Sequence record: PP885733.1
Reading direction: 5' to 3' (one strand)
DNA: 64,000 nucleotides
The notes below the pieces were generated by a model, which saw only the letters and a list, made by a program, of their open reading frames with translations, made no database searches and was not told where the DNA came from. Positions 1 through 10,400 of this stretch are shown here, piece by piece (the stretch's first letter is position 1; every line of letters starts with the position of its first letter). The translations under genes and the position numbers were made by a program.

Positions 1-3000
1 AAGTTAGGGTGGTTAAGTAAAATAATGAACTTGATCGTGATGACGCCCGCTTCCTTAGGTGCGTTCATAACACGATACATGATGCCCTGGGCTGTCTGGG
101 TATATCTCTCAATGTACGTTTTGTCAGTACCTGCATCAGCAGCACCATTCAATACGGACACGCCACCAGACTGCACATCAAACGGCTGGTAATATGTTTT
201 CCATTGTTCCCAAACTGGAGGAACTTCAGGAAGAACGATGGTTAAGCCTGGAACAAAGTTAACCGACATGTTACCACGGTTATAGTTATCTTCATAAGCA
301 TCCTGGTTTGGAAGTTCCCACACAAACGTAGTTGCTGCAGTTCCTTCTTTAATTCCAGTGAAGTTAACTATTGTTTTAACGCCGTCTTTCTCGATACTGT
401 CAACAGTGAAGAGACCTTTGAAGTCACTCAACTCAGTATTAAGATTAACATTAGCCGTAGCTTCCCCACGGAAAGTCAAGTTAAACTCGATCTTACCTTT
501 GACACCCGGCATGACCTGCACAGGGGTAGGGGAATATGTCCCAGCAAACGGATTCCATGGGGCCGTTTGACCGGTGAAGAACCAGTTTACCCGATCTGTT
601 AGGATTACCGTACCATCCCTGTATGGAACCTCGTAACTATAAGTTACGTAAGTGTCTCCAGGGAATCCACCGTTCACCATTGGGTAAACGTATTGCAACC
701 AATATTGCGCATTAGGGTCAAATGGCTGTAAAATCTCCACGAGTGTCTTAGGTGAAGAACTGGTAAACGAAATCACTTGACCAGTAATATCTTTACCCGA
801 CGCCTGCACACGTTTGGTTGATGGTAATTTAAGCCATCTATTACCGCCTAACTGATTAGTAAAACCAGGACTCACTACCAATACTGGGTAATCGGCAGGG
901 TTACGATAAGTGAACGGAACAGTTTGTTCGCCAACGTGGGTCTTACCAGTGCTTGGGTTCTTGTACGAATACTTGAACACAGGGTTGAACTTCTCACCGA
1001 TGGTAGTATCCAGAGGAAGTTTCACACGGTAATTAACAGTGGTTGCATTACGAGCTTCAATCACCATAACTTCTGGGTTGACTGCCTCGATGGTTAAGTT
1101 AGGGTCGTTAATCGGAATGTTCAGAGTACGGAGTTTAACCGTAATCGTTCCAGAACCAATCAGGTCGTCATTACCACCTGTTAATGCAGTTGGAGCACTA
1201 ATGACCAGAGGAGCTTCCGTAAACTTAAAGTTGAACGGAACCAACGCGTAATCATAGTTCTCAACAGGAGGATTACCAATTGGGTAATTAGTAGTGTCAT
1301 TCTGACGATCAAACCACATAGGGATGGTAACTTCACCCGCGGACAACACAACACCTTCATATGTGTCGTAACCGTTCTGATGACCTTTGTACTCGAAATC
1401 AATCAGACCTTGGAGATCTGTTTTATCCGGGTTAAATGCGTTATATGAACGTTGATTAACCAGATTACGCCATTCAGCTAAAAGCTGGAACGTTACCTTG
1501 TCATCAATGTACGCACCGAAGGTGTAAACGCCATTAGAAGTTTTAACACGGTAAGTCTTCTGATCCCAAGCTCCAATCTCAAACGACAGATCCATGTCAC
1601 CAGACCACGGATAACCACGGTATGTGGATGCGAATGTCGTAGTGATCGTTTTAGTGCTCGCAGTAACATCAGCACTGATGATGTCATATTGACGACCAGT
1701 GTACTTAACGTATTTGCTTTGAACACCAGGCTGAGCCAGAGTACCAGTTGCTGTCCAGGTTGAAGCCAGGTCAACATCATCACACATTACCTTAATACCA
1801 GTCACTGCTTGCAGAGGCTGGAAGATAACGTTGTTCGGGTAAAGGTTCTTACCGGTGATGACCACATCACTCGTGGTATACTGAAGCGGAACTTCAACGT
1901 TCGCAGTGTAGGTTTGGCCGCCATACTTATAAGAAAGCTGGAGAATCTCTTTCGTGTCAGCAGTGTGACCCGGATAGAGAGGACCTGTCAATGCGTAGTT
2001 AAATGTATCGCTACCAGTGTCAGTAATGGAAAGAACACCTGCGTTCTTATCCGTCGCGTTGTAAGCCTTCGGAGTAATAGTCAACAGACCTTTACCAATC
2101 TCGCCGTGAATGTTCAGAGGAATACCGCCAAACAGCACTTCGAGTTTGTACGTACCGGTGTCTTTGTGTTTACCTACGATCAGGTTATCACGATCACCGA
2201 TTTCGATACCAGGTTCACCCATGATACGGCATTCGACGTTTGCAGTGAAGGCGTCTTCTGCGTCAGGGTTCGGTCCTACAGCTTCTGGAGACCACCACAC
2301 GAACTTCGCTTGTCCAACACCATCAGCAATGCCTTTCAGCGTTACAATGGTCCACTCACCGTTGTTAGGATCCTTCTTAACGTCAACGATCTCAACCTGA
2401 GCAGGAAGTGTAGACAGATCCTGACGGAACGTAGCAGTTGGTGCGTACTGATCTTTAAGCAGTGGACGGAAACGTACTTCGCGAGTTTCATCCAGAACAC
2501 CCTCTGAAACTTTAGGGGAGTATTCGCAGTAGAAACGCGGAGCAGTGTGACCTTTGATGTTTAAAGGAATGTTGAAGTCATGAGTGAGTTCACCTTCGAC
2601 ACCTTTCAGTGTGTAAGTGATCGTTACTGGGATCTGTACCGTCTGTGTAGTCGGAGGAGCGCCAATAACTTCATAACTGAACGACGTGTACATTTCAACG
2701 TACTGGTTAGGAACTGTTTGCGGAACAATCTTCAAACGAGTCGTCGGAGCAATCACACCACCAGTTGGGTCGGCGTTAAAGTTCAGAGACTGAGTAAAGA
2801 TACCGCGTGCCCAGATTTCAGTTGCAACGACATCGTTGTTAGTCACAGTCGGTAACGGCGTGCTAATACGAGTGTTGAAGCTGATGGTCTGTTTCTTAGG
2901 TTCTGTAGTCCCAACGTCGTAGCTCACTTCGATCAGATCGAGGTAAGACTTCTTGGTGCCTGGAATAGAAGCCAGTTCACCACGCAGGGTAATCCCTTCT

Positions 3001-6000
3001 TTGGTAGGAGTCAGAACAACAACGCCTTGGTCACCATCAGAACGGAGTGTGTACTTCAGACCTGGTGCGTTAGCTGCGAGTTCATAATCACCGTACTTAG
3101 GTACGACTTTCAGAACACCAGTTTTACGCCAATCCAACTCGATCTCATCATCGGAAGAAACGATGGTGAAAGGTTCATCGGACGATTCAGAAATAACTGG
3201 GAGCTTAATGACTGCGAAGTCTTTGCCTTCCACAGGGTTAGCCGGAGCATTAGCACGGACAAATCCGAACACAGCTTCATCACGGCCCTGACCTTTTAAG
3301 GTATAAGGAAGGATAGAGTTTGACAGTTCACCGATCAGGAGGTTAGGTGGAATGATGGAACTCACCTTAGCCAGAGTAACCGCATGGGTCACGTCACCTT
3401 TATAGGTAAACTCAAACTTCGCTTCACCTTGTTCACCCGCTTTACCATTCAGCTGAGTCTGGAGAGACTTAGCGGTAAAGTCAATGCCGTTAAAGGTATT
3501 GATCTGGAAGTTCACGGTTGCATCGAGGGTGTAGGACTGACCACCAATCTCATAACCGAGAGTCAGAGGGAACTCAGTAATCACGGACTGGGTAGTATCA
3601 CCCTTGGTAACGTAATACTGGTTAGGTGCGACAAACGCAATGTAGTTGTTAGTACCGTTGGGAGACCAGATCGTGATTGGAATGGTCTTACCACGAGAGT
3701 CAACCAGAGTAACGCGGAACTGACCACGGTTATAAACGTTCACAACCATGTTCGGGTTAGCGCCAACCTTAACGGTAGGAACCATGATCTTAACAGGGAT
3801 CTGGATTGGAGCATCCCACAGCTGCCCGTCTTCCGGGTTAGTGTAGTCTGCACGAATCTCTGCCTGGGCATCGTAAGTCGTACCCTGAGCACCGCCTTGA
3901 TCCAGAGAGATGCGGAGTTTGTCATCCAGCTGTTCTACCAGAGAAGTTGCAGTGTTAGGTTTAGAGATATACGTGATTACCAGATTTGGATCACTGTTCT
4001 TCAGACGAACGCCTGAGAAGTTATATACCAGCGGGAAGTCAATTACGTCGGTGTGATAACCGGTGATTGAGCTTTGGGTACTTTCCAGGTTCAGACCTTC
4101 TGGCCATTCAACGTCAACTGTGTAGTTGGTATCAACGGTTGTGCCGTTAATCGTTGGATGTTCAAACACTAACTTCATCGGGTATTTGTAACCACGAATC
4201 AGGTTGTACTTGATGATAGCCTTTTCACGAACCGGATCCCAAACTGGATCTTCGATCAGGATGTTATCTGGGATAACAGAACGACTACGGTTTAAACGAA
4301 TACCGTTAGTGACGTTATCGTATTTGTATACGAAGTCGCCAACGATCTCACCACCAGTTCCAGACTTACCAACGATCTCAGTTGGAGATACATCAGCACG
4401 GAAGGTGATTCCATCCCAACCATCGATATTGAAGATTACCGAAACGTAGAGATAGTTAACCGGATAGTCGGAGTTAATGTAATAAGTGTAACGAGGAGAA
4501 ACCGTTGTGGTGAAAGCTTCTTTCTCTGCGTTTACGATAGTCCAGTTGCGACCACCTAAACCAACGTACTTATTACTAGTACCTTGCTGATATGGAGAGC
4601 CCATCAAGCCGGTCAGGTCACGTTCGCCACACATTACTTTGAATGGCATTACACCTGTTTCCCACATGCGGGTATCAACAGTGTTAGATGGAACGTATTG
4701 CAGATCCAGAGGTGGGATCTTAATCGTCATCGGAACTGTGATGTCGAGTGTCTGCAACTCACCAGTAACTGGGTCGGTCAGAGACAGTTCGTACTCCATA
4801 GCTGCGCCGTAGGACGAGCCAGGATACTGCAGTGTGTTATAACCAAAGGTCATTGAACTTGCAGCAGTGTTAACCAGGGTCACCTGTTTGCGAGGTTGCT
4901 TAGGTGGCTTGTACTTAATGGTTAACAGTGGATCGGTCAGGGCAATCTCTTCACCAGCGAAACTAATGCGAACAGTCGCGTCAGCAGTCTTATCCATGAT
5001 AACTGGATCTGGAGCGGAGATCTCGATAACCTTCAGTACACGAGACTGTTTAACGTTCGCAGTGATATACATGCGACCTAAACGATCTGGACCTGGGTTA
5101 GCGTCTTTCGGATCCTTATAGAACAGTTTAGCCACGCCGTCAACGATTGGATCGACTTTATAGTAAGTCCATACCAACATACCGTCAGCTGGGTCATAGA
5201 CCACGCCTTCATCACGAAGACCAGCAGGCATAACTTTACGGCTGGTAACCTGTACAGCTTTCTCAGTGATTTCTTTGCCGTCAGAGTAAACACGGAAACG
5301 AACTTGTCCACGCTCACTAGACAGACCACCGATACCCCAGTACATCGGGAACACGACTACGGCGTTGTTTACTTCGCCATCTTCGTTGTTACCATTACCA
5401 CCGCCGTCGCCGTCACCACCGCCGCCGGTTTCACCGCCATCTCCGTCACCACCAGGGTTGGTGTTTGGATCCCACTTCTTAACCAGGAACTCACCTTCGA
5501 ATTCATGATCGTGGTTGGCGCCGTCATATGGTTGTTTCCAGGTGAACTTAGCTGGGACAACTTTATCTTCATCGCCGGAGAAGATGATGTTCCACTGACC
5601 ACCTTCAAACTTAACGAAGGTTTCATCAGAGACCATAGCAAGACCGATCATCTTGTTGGTTTCATCTTTACCGTTGACCATTACCTTCCACAGTGGTCCG
5701 CCTTTCTGGTAACGAGTTACCGGACGTGGCAGAGGAGGAGTAGGAATGATCTCGATTACAGACAGTTTCTGGATAATGATCTTGATGGTACGGATAACGG
5801 TTTGACGCACACCGAACGGATCAAGATAGGTGAAGGTCTGATCGAATTCGTCTTCCACTTCTTCACCAGGTTTCTGGGAGTCACGGATAACGGTATAGTT
5901 GACAGCTTCGTCTTCTACACTGTCAAAACGAATCAGTTCCTTGTCACCGCGAGAACCCAGACGAATACGGAGTTCAGTAGCAGAGACAGGTTCATCACCA

Positions 6001-7349
6001 TAGAACGCTTTGACTTCCATTTTCTTCACGTCATCGATATAACCACGAAGAGTCGTAGTCAGACCTTTGATAGTGAACTTAGGCATTACGTCAGCGCGTA
6101 CCAGTTCCAGGTTAATAAATGCAGGGGCTTCGTAAGGAGTAGAGCCGTCGATGTAATTAAACGTCGCAGCGTACAAATCCTTATCACTTTCCTGCCCACC
6201 AGGTGGTGTGCCAGTGATCTTACCGGAGTAGACCATCTTACCATCAGGCAGAGTTTCAACGTAAGTCAAATCACCGTACTTTTTCGGAGATTCGAACTTA
6301 GCAGGAGGTGAAGCGATTGTAACAGGCTGACCTTTAAAGAGAGCTTGTACGATGACTTGAATCTCATCACCACGGCTTGCTTTAATGGTATCCGGCGTGA
6401 CTTCGAAAGTCAGGTCGAAAGCAGTATCCTGTTCAATGCGAACTTCAATACGGAAAGTACGTTTGACTGGACGACCTTGGTACATGTGGGTAACACGCAC
6501 AATGATCACATCAGTGACTGGCTCTTTGGAGGAACCGTAAATGGTTTCACCATTGATGAAGAGTTTGTCATCAGAACGTACAGGGATGGTATAACCTTGT
6601 CCCGTAGTAATCTCAATCGTAGCCGTCTGGGTAATATCCAGAGTACCACCGAACCAGTAGGTGTTCGGGATGGTGAAGTTATTACCACGAGAAGTAGTAA
6701 TGAACTCCGGCAGGTTTGAGGTAATGATTGGCAGGTTGGCTTCGTTCAACACCAATTCTTGAATGAACAGTGGATAGATGCCTGCACCAATCGACGGATC
6801 GGTAACAGTGACAGTACCAGACTCGATTGTGTCGTAGTCGATATAGTCAAGTGTTTCACGCTCAGTGGTGTACTGATTGAAGAACAGGTTACCGAAAGCT
6901 TCCATCGGACCTTCGATAGTCTTAGCTGCTTCCTGAGTCAACAGAACACCATAAGTATTCTTATAGGTCAACCACAGCAATACAGCTGGTTTATCGTTAG
7001 TCTTACTGAAAGTCTTCAGAGCTTCGATGTCAGCGATTTCCACGAATGGAATACCGAAGTCATCTAAGATCTCCTGCATCTTAACCGTTTTGAACTCGAT
7101 GTCAGCACGAGCAAAGCCCGTCTTACGAGCAACGATACAAACGCGTTGAATCCCATCTTTAAACGTCTTGACGTCTTCAATCACGATGTCGCCAGCGATC
7201 AGACTCTCATATCGTTCTTTTGATATGGCGAGTTCTTCTGGTGAACCGTCGATCTCTAACTGAGCAATACGTTCCGTAAGGAACTTACGCACTGGGGTAT
7301 ACATCGGGTCATGAATGACCTTTTTGTTTACCTTAATCATTTCAGCCAT
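1..7349 (-). CDS. Giant (>2449 aa, runs off window start) modular virion/tail-fibre-like protein with repeated beta-rich modules
   Basis: Manual translation from ATG at 7349 (MAEMIKVNKKVIHDPMYTPVRKFLTERIAQ...) stays open to position 3. RBS-like GGAAAGGAG lies upstream. The ORF track missed it because there is no stop in the window. Rich in T/V/P/G/Y; N-terminus is paralogous to ORFs at 12041, 21758 and 33912. Confidence 0.85.
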   Translation of the reverse strand, partial: MAEMIKVNKKVIHDPMYTPVRKFLTERIAQLEIDGSPEELAISKERYESLIAGDIVIEDVKTFKDGIQRVCIVARKTGFARADIEFKTVKMQEILDDFGIPFVEIADIEALKTFSKTNDKPAVLLWLTYKNTYGVLLTQEAAKTIEGPMEAFGNLFFNQYTTERETLDYIDYDTIESGTVTVTDPSIGAGIYPLFIQELVLNEANLPIITSNLPEFITTSRGNNFTIPNTYWFGGTLDITQTATIEITTGQGYTIPVRSDDKLFINGETIYGSSKEPVTDVIIVRVTHMYQGRPVKRTFRIEVRIEQDTAFDLTFEVTPDTIKASRGDEIQVIVQALFKGQPVTIASPPAKFESPKKYGDLTYVETLPDGKMVYSGKITGTPPGGQESDKDLYAATFNYIDGSTPYEAPAFINLELVRADVMPKFTIKGLTTTLRGYIDDVKKMEVKAFYGDEPVSATELRIRLGSRGDKELIRFDSVEDEAVNYTVIRDSQKPGEEVEDEFDQTFTYLDPFGVRQTVIRTIKIIIQKLSVIEIIPTPPLPRPVTRYQKGGPLWKVMVNGKDETNKMIGLAMVSDETFVKFEGGQWNIIFSGDEDKVVPAKFTWKQPYDGANHDHEFEGEFLVKKWDPNTNPGGDGDGGETGGGGDGDGGGNGNNEDGEVNNAVVVFPMYWGIGGLSSERGQVRFRVYSDGKEITEKAVQVTSRKVMPAGLRDEGVVYDPADGMLVWTYYKVDPIVDGVAKLFYKDPKDANPGPDRLGRMYITANVKQSRVLKVIEISAPDPVIMDKTADATVRISFAGEEIALTDPLLTIKYKPPKQPRKQVTLVNTAASSMTFGYNTLQYPGSSYGAAMEYELSLTDPVTGELQTLDITVPMTIKIPPLDLQYVPSNTVDTRMWETGVMPFKVMCGERDLTGLMGSPYQQGTSNKYVGLGGRNWTIVNAEKEAFTTTVSPRYTYYINSDYPVNYLYVSVIFNIDGWDGITFRADVSPTEIVGKSGTGGEIVGDFVYKYDNVTNGIRLNRSRSVIPDNILIEDPVWDPVREKAIIKYNLIRGYKYPMKLVFEHPTINGTTVDTNYTVDVEWPEGLNLESTQSSITGYHTDVIDFPLVYNFSGVRLKNSDPNLVITYISKPNTATSLVEQLDDKLRISLDQGGAQGTTYDAQAEIRADYTNPEDGQLWDAPIQIPVKIMVPTVKVGANPNMVVNVYNRGQFRVTLVDSRGKTIPITIWSPNGTNNYIAFVAPNQYYVTKGDTTQSVITEFPLTLGYEIGGQSYTLDATVNFQINTFNGIDFTAKSLQTQLNGKAGEQGEAKFEFTYKGDVTHAVTLAKVSSIIPPNLLIGELSNSILPYTLKGQGRDEAVFGFVRANAPANPVEGKDFAVIKLPVISESSDEPFTIVSSDDEIELDWRKTGVLKVVPKYGDYELAANAPGLKYTLRSDGDQGVVVLTPTKEGITLRGELASIPGTKKSYLDLIEVSYDVGTTEPKKQTISFNTRISTPLPTVTNNDVVATEIWARGIFTQSLNFNADPTGGVIAPTTRLKIVPQTVPNQYVEMYTSFSYEVIGAPPTTQTVQIPVTITYTLKGVEGELTHDFNIPLNIKGHTAPRFYCEYSPKVSEGVLDETREVRFRPLLKDQYAPTATFRQDLSTLPAQVEIVDVKKDPNNGEWTIVTLKGIADGVGQAKFVWWSPEAVGPNPDAEDAFTANVECRIMGEPGIEIGDRDNLIVGKHKDTGTYKLEVLFGGIPLNIHGEIGKGLLTITPKAYNATDKNAGVLSITDTGSDTFNYALTGPLYPGHTADTKEILQLSYKYGGQTYTANVEVPLQYTTSDVVITGKNLYPNNVIFQPLQAVTGIKVMCDDVDLASTWTATGTLAQPGVQSKYVKYTGRQYDIISADVTASTKTITTTFASTYRGYPWSGDMDLSFEIGAWDQKTYRVKTSNGVYTFGAYIDDKVTFQLLAEWRNLVNQRSYNAFNPDKTDLQGLIDFEYKGHQNGYDTYEGVVLSAGEVTIPMWFDRQNDTTNYPIGNPPVENYDYALVPFNFKFTEAPLVISAPTALTGGNDDLIGSGTITVKLRTLNIPINDPNLTIEAVNPEVMVIEARNATTVNYRVKLPLDTTIGEKFNPVFKYSYKNPSTGKTHVGEQTVPFTYRNPADYPVLVVSPGFTNQLGGNRWLKLPSTKRVQASGKDITGQVISFTSSSPKTLVEILQPFDPNAQYWLQYVYPMVNGGFPGDTYVTYSYEVPYRDGTVILTDRVNWFFTGQTAPWNPFAGTYSPTPVQVMPGVKGKIEFNLTFRGEATANVNLNTELSDFKGLFTVDSIEKDGVKTIVNFTGIKEGTAATTFVWELPNQDAYEDNYNRGNMSVNFVPGLTIVLPEVPPVWEQWKTYYQPFDVQSGGVSVLNGAADAGTDKTYIERYTQTAQGIMYRVMNAPKEAGVITIKFIILLNHPN

Positions 7350-7445
7350 TTCAGGCTCCTTTCCATAATTAAAACGAATCATCTATGTAGTAAAACAAAC
7401 TGCTTGAAGCAAAGAATCAGAGCTACAGTGAAAACATAGGAGAAA

Positions 7446-7473
7446 GGACCTCCCACCCGAAGGCAGGAGATCC
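7446..7473 (-). terminator. Hairpin terminator between the 1494-aa gene and the giant gene
   Basis: GGACCTCCC-ACC-CGAA-GGC-AGGAGATCC imperfect stem-loop just past the stop at 7483. Confidence 0.55.
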
Positions 7474-7482
7474 AATCAATTA

Positions 7483-10400
7483 TTAAAACGCGATAGAGAA
7501 CACAACGCCGATATTGTCTTTACCGGTGGTGAGAACGGTACTACCAGTGAATACACGCGGAGCAACCAGACGTTGTGCTGGAGCAAACTCTGCGTAGTAG
7601 ATACCAGTGTTCGGATTATAACGCTCTTTGGTCGGAACTGGGAAGTTCAGGTTAGAGGTAGATTTCCATGGAGTTTTAGTGTCCAGGTTAATCTTCTCAG
7701 GATGATGCCCATCGCGATCGTAGACGATCCAGGACGCTTCGATACGACCTGTCTCTTTGTTATATCCACCAGACACCAGGTGAGTCATCCCATCAGGGAA
7801 TACAGGACCGGTATCCAGCTTAACCAATTCATCAGTACCATCGATATTGAACTTCATCTGACCGAGAACTGACTCTGGAGACTTCTTAGGTTTATCGCGA
7901 GGGATAGACACGCTAATCAGACCAGAAGCACGATCGTAGTCAATGAAAGAACCAGTAATATTACCGGTTACATCGGCAACAGTTTCCAGGTATTCAACAG
8001 TGACTGGTTTATCACCATTCTTACGGGCTACCAGAATAAAGGTCAACAGACCCTTCTCCCAAGTCCAGCCCAACTGGTTAATACCTTCAGGTCCATTACT
8101 GTCAACCAGCTCAACACGAGTCTGCACAGGCTTAGCCACACCAGTGATAGAGTTGTTAACCAGCTCATCTCCAACATAAGCCGCACCTTTAACACAAGAC
8201 GCGTAAGAAGAACGAATATCCCCAGGCACAGTCACAGTGGCAATGCCGGTGGTTTTGTCGTATTCTATAAACGCATCAGCTGCAGTGTGAGTAATAGAAG
8301 GATATGCCGGTGGATACAAGTAATCCGCATAAGCCAGGCGCAGTTTGTAAACAGACTTGCCTTCAAATGTCTGGGTGTCTTCACGAGTCACGTCCAGAGT
8401 ACGGCTTGCATTGTTGTCACGAATAACGTGATGAATGCGCAGCGGGATAGTTGTAGTCTTGCCTTTTGCATCAGCAACACCCAACACAGCTGAACCTGAA
8501 TAGAGTACGTCGCCTTGAGGGCGGGCATTCCCTTTAACGCGGAACTCCAGGATGCCTGTGTTCTTATCGTAGCTAACGGTATGAGGGACGGCATTGGAAT
8601 CAAATCCTTCTGCCATCTGGAACCCACTGAGGAAGCTAACCATTACCGGACGAGTCACAGTCTGATAACCATAACCTACACCAGCGCGTACAACGATCTC
8701 TCCCTTATTAGGGATAGTGCGGACACTGATAACCTCACAGGTGTTATCTTGGCCAGAGTAACCAGTGAGTGTGCCGTTATAATCGTTACCGACATTAGGA
8801 GAGGAGATGACGATCTTCAGTTCCACATTCGGATGGCGAACTACAGAACGATCATGGATATCGACTACATAAGAGCCCTTACCTGTAACCTGGTCGTAGG
8901 TGTAATCGATTCGGCCATCATGCTTGAAGGCACCATCCACAGCTACAACCTTGATACCGGTATTATCCGGCTGACCGATACCAGTGAGACCAAACGCCTC
9001 AATACTGAAGTTAACTTTCATCACGCCAGCTTTGTAGTCCACAACAGAACCACCTTGAGTCAGGATGAAGTTGTTGAACTTAGGCTTGATGGCTTTAACT
9101 TTAACGAAAGCGTCGTAACGTTCTTGGACGTCACCCAGATCGACAATCCCTTCAACGGAATAGCCACGACCGACGAATTCGTTATCCTTAACAGGATAGT
9201 CGATTTCAATCAGATCCATCTTCTCGTTGTAGCGAATGGTTACTGGATAGTTGGTCACGTCTTCAGATACACGTTTCACCAAATGACCCAGGCGATCTAC
9301 GCTAACATGCGGAGCACGGCCGTAAAAACGAACGAACCCACCGCGGTGATAAGCACCATCCAGAATGGTGAACTTGTCAACCTGAATTTCGTCAGCAATC
9401 ACAGCATCACAATAGCCACGTGCATTCGGACCTACTACATCAATGCGGAAGTCCGCAACGAAGTGTTCTGAGGTCTTAGCAGGGTTCAGTGCGACGGTAA
9501 CGTACAGTTGGGTATCCGTAAAGTGATAGGTCACAATGTCTGTAGCCATGTCACTGTTTGAACGGAAACCTTCTACCTTCAGATCAGCTACAGAAATCCC
9601 TTCTGGAATTTCAATGTCAAAGAAGACAGTACCCAGAATACCAGAAACGCTTCCGGTAGTTTGAGTCAGTTTGATCTCTTTCAGAGCGTCATCAGACTTC
9701 TTATGGTCGAAGGAGGAACGAACGTGATATACGTTAGCGTCAGGCGTCGGGAATTGGAACTTGACTTCTGCACTTACCAGTGCGTCAACGTTCCCTTCAA
9801 CAGCGACGAATGCCTGAGTCATCACACCAGTGGAACTATTGTAGCTAGCAGCCCCTACCGGGTTGCCCAGATTCGGAGTCATACCCCAGCTGTTTTTGTT
9901 GACAGTGATGTATTTAGGGATTTTACCCATCCCATCACGCATAGCCCAGCTCAGTTCAATTACACCATTAGTGTATCGAGAACCTACTGGAGTCCCGGCA
10001 GAACGAGGAGCGATGTTGATACGCTCAAGCTCACAGTTGGCTTGTTCCAGAGTGTAGATATTCTTCAGAATGATCACACCACCGAAAGCATAGAAGTTCT
10101 CGGTGATCTTCTTCTCTGGGTCAGCCTTACCAGTGATAACGACCTTCTCTTCTGCTGCGACGTAAGTAACAGTCGGGTTCAATACCCCAACAACAGCGTC
10201 GTTCAGAATGCGCAAGTTCTTGCCCTGGCCTTCTGGGATGTTCTTGACTTTGTGCTCAACCGTGATAACACCATCAAAGATGTTTGCACTTTCAAGTTCC
10301 AGAACCATTGCTTTCTGTTTCTGCTCAGGCAGATGGGAAAGGTGGACAGGAAGAGTAACTGTACCAGTCGGAGTATCAATCTCCAACATCATGGACACGG

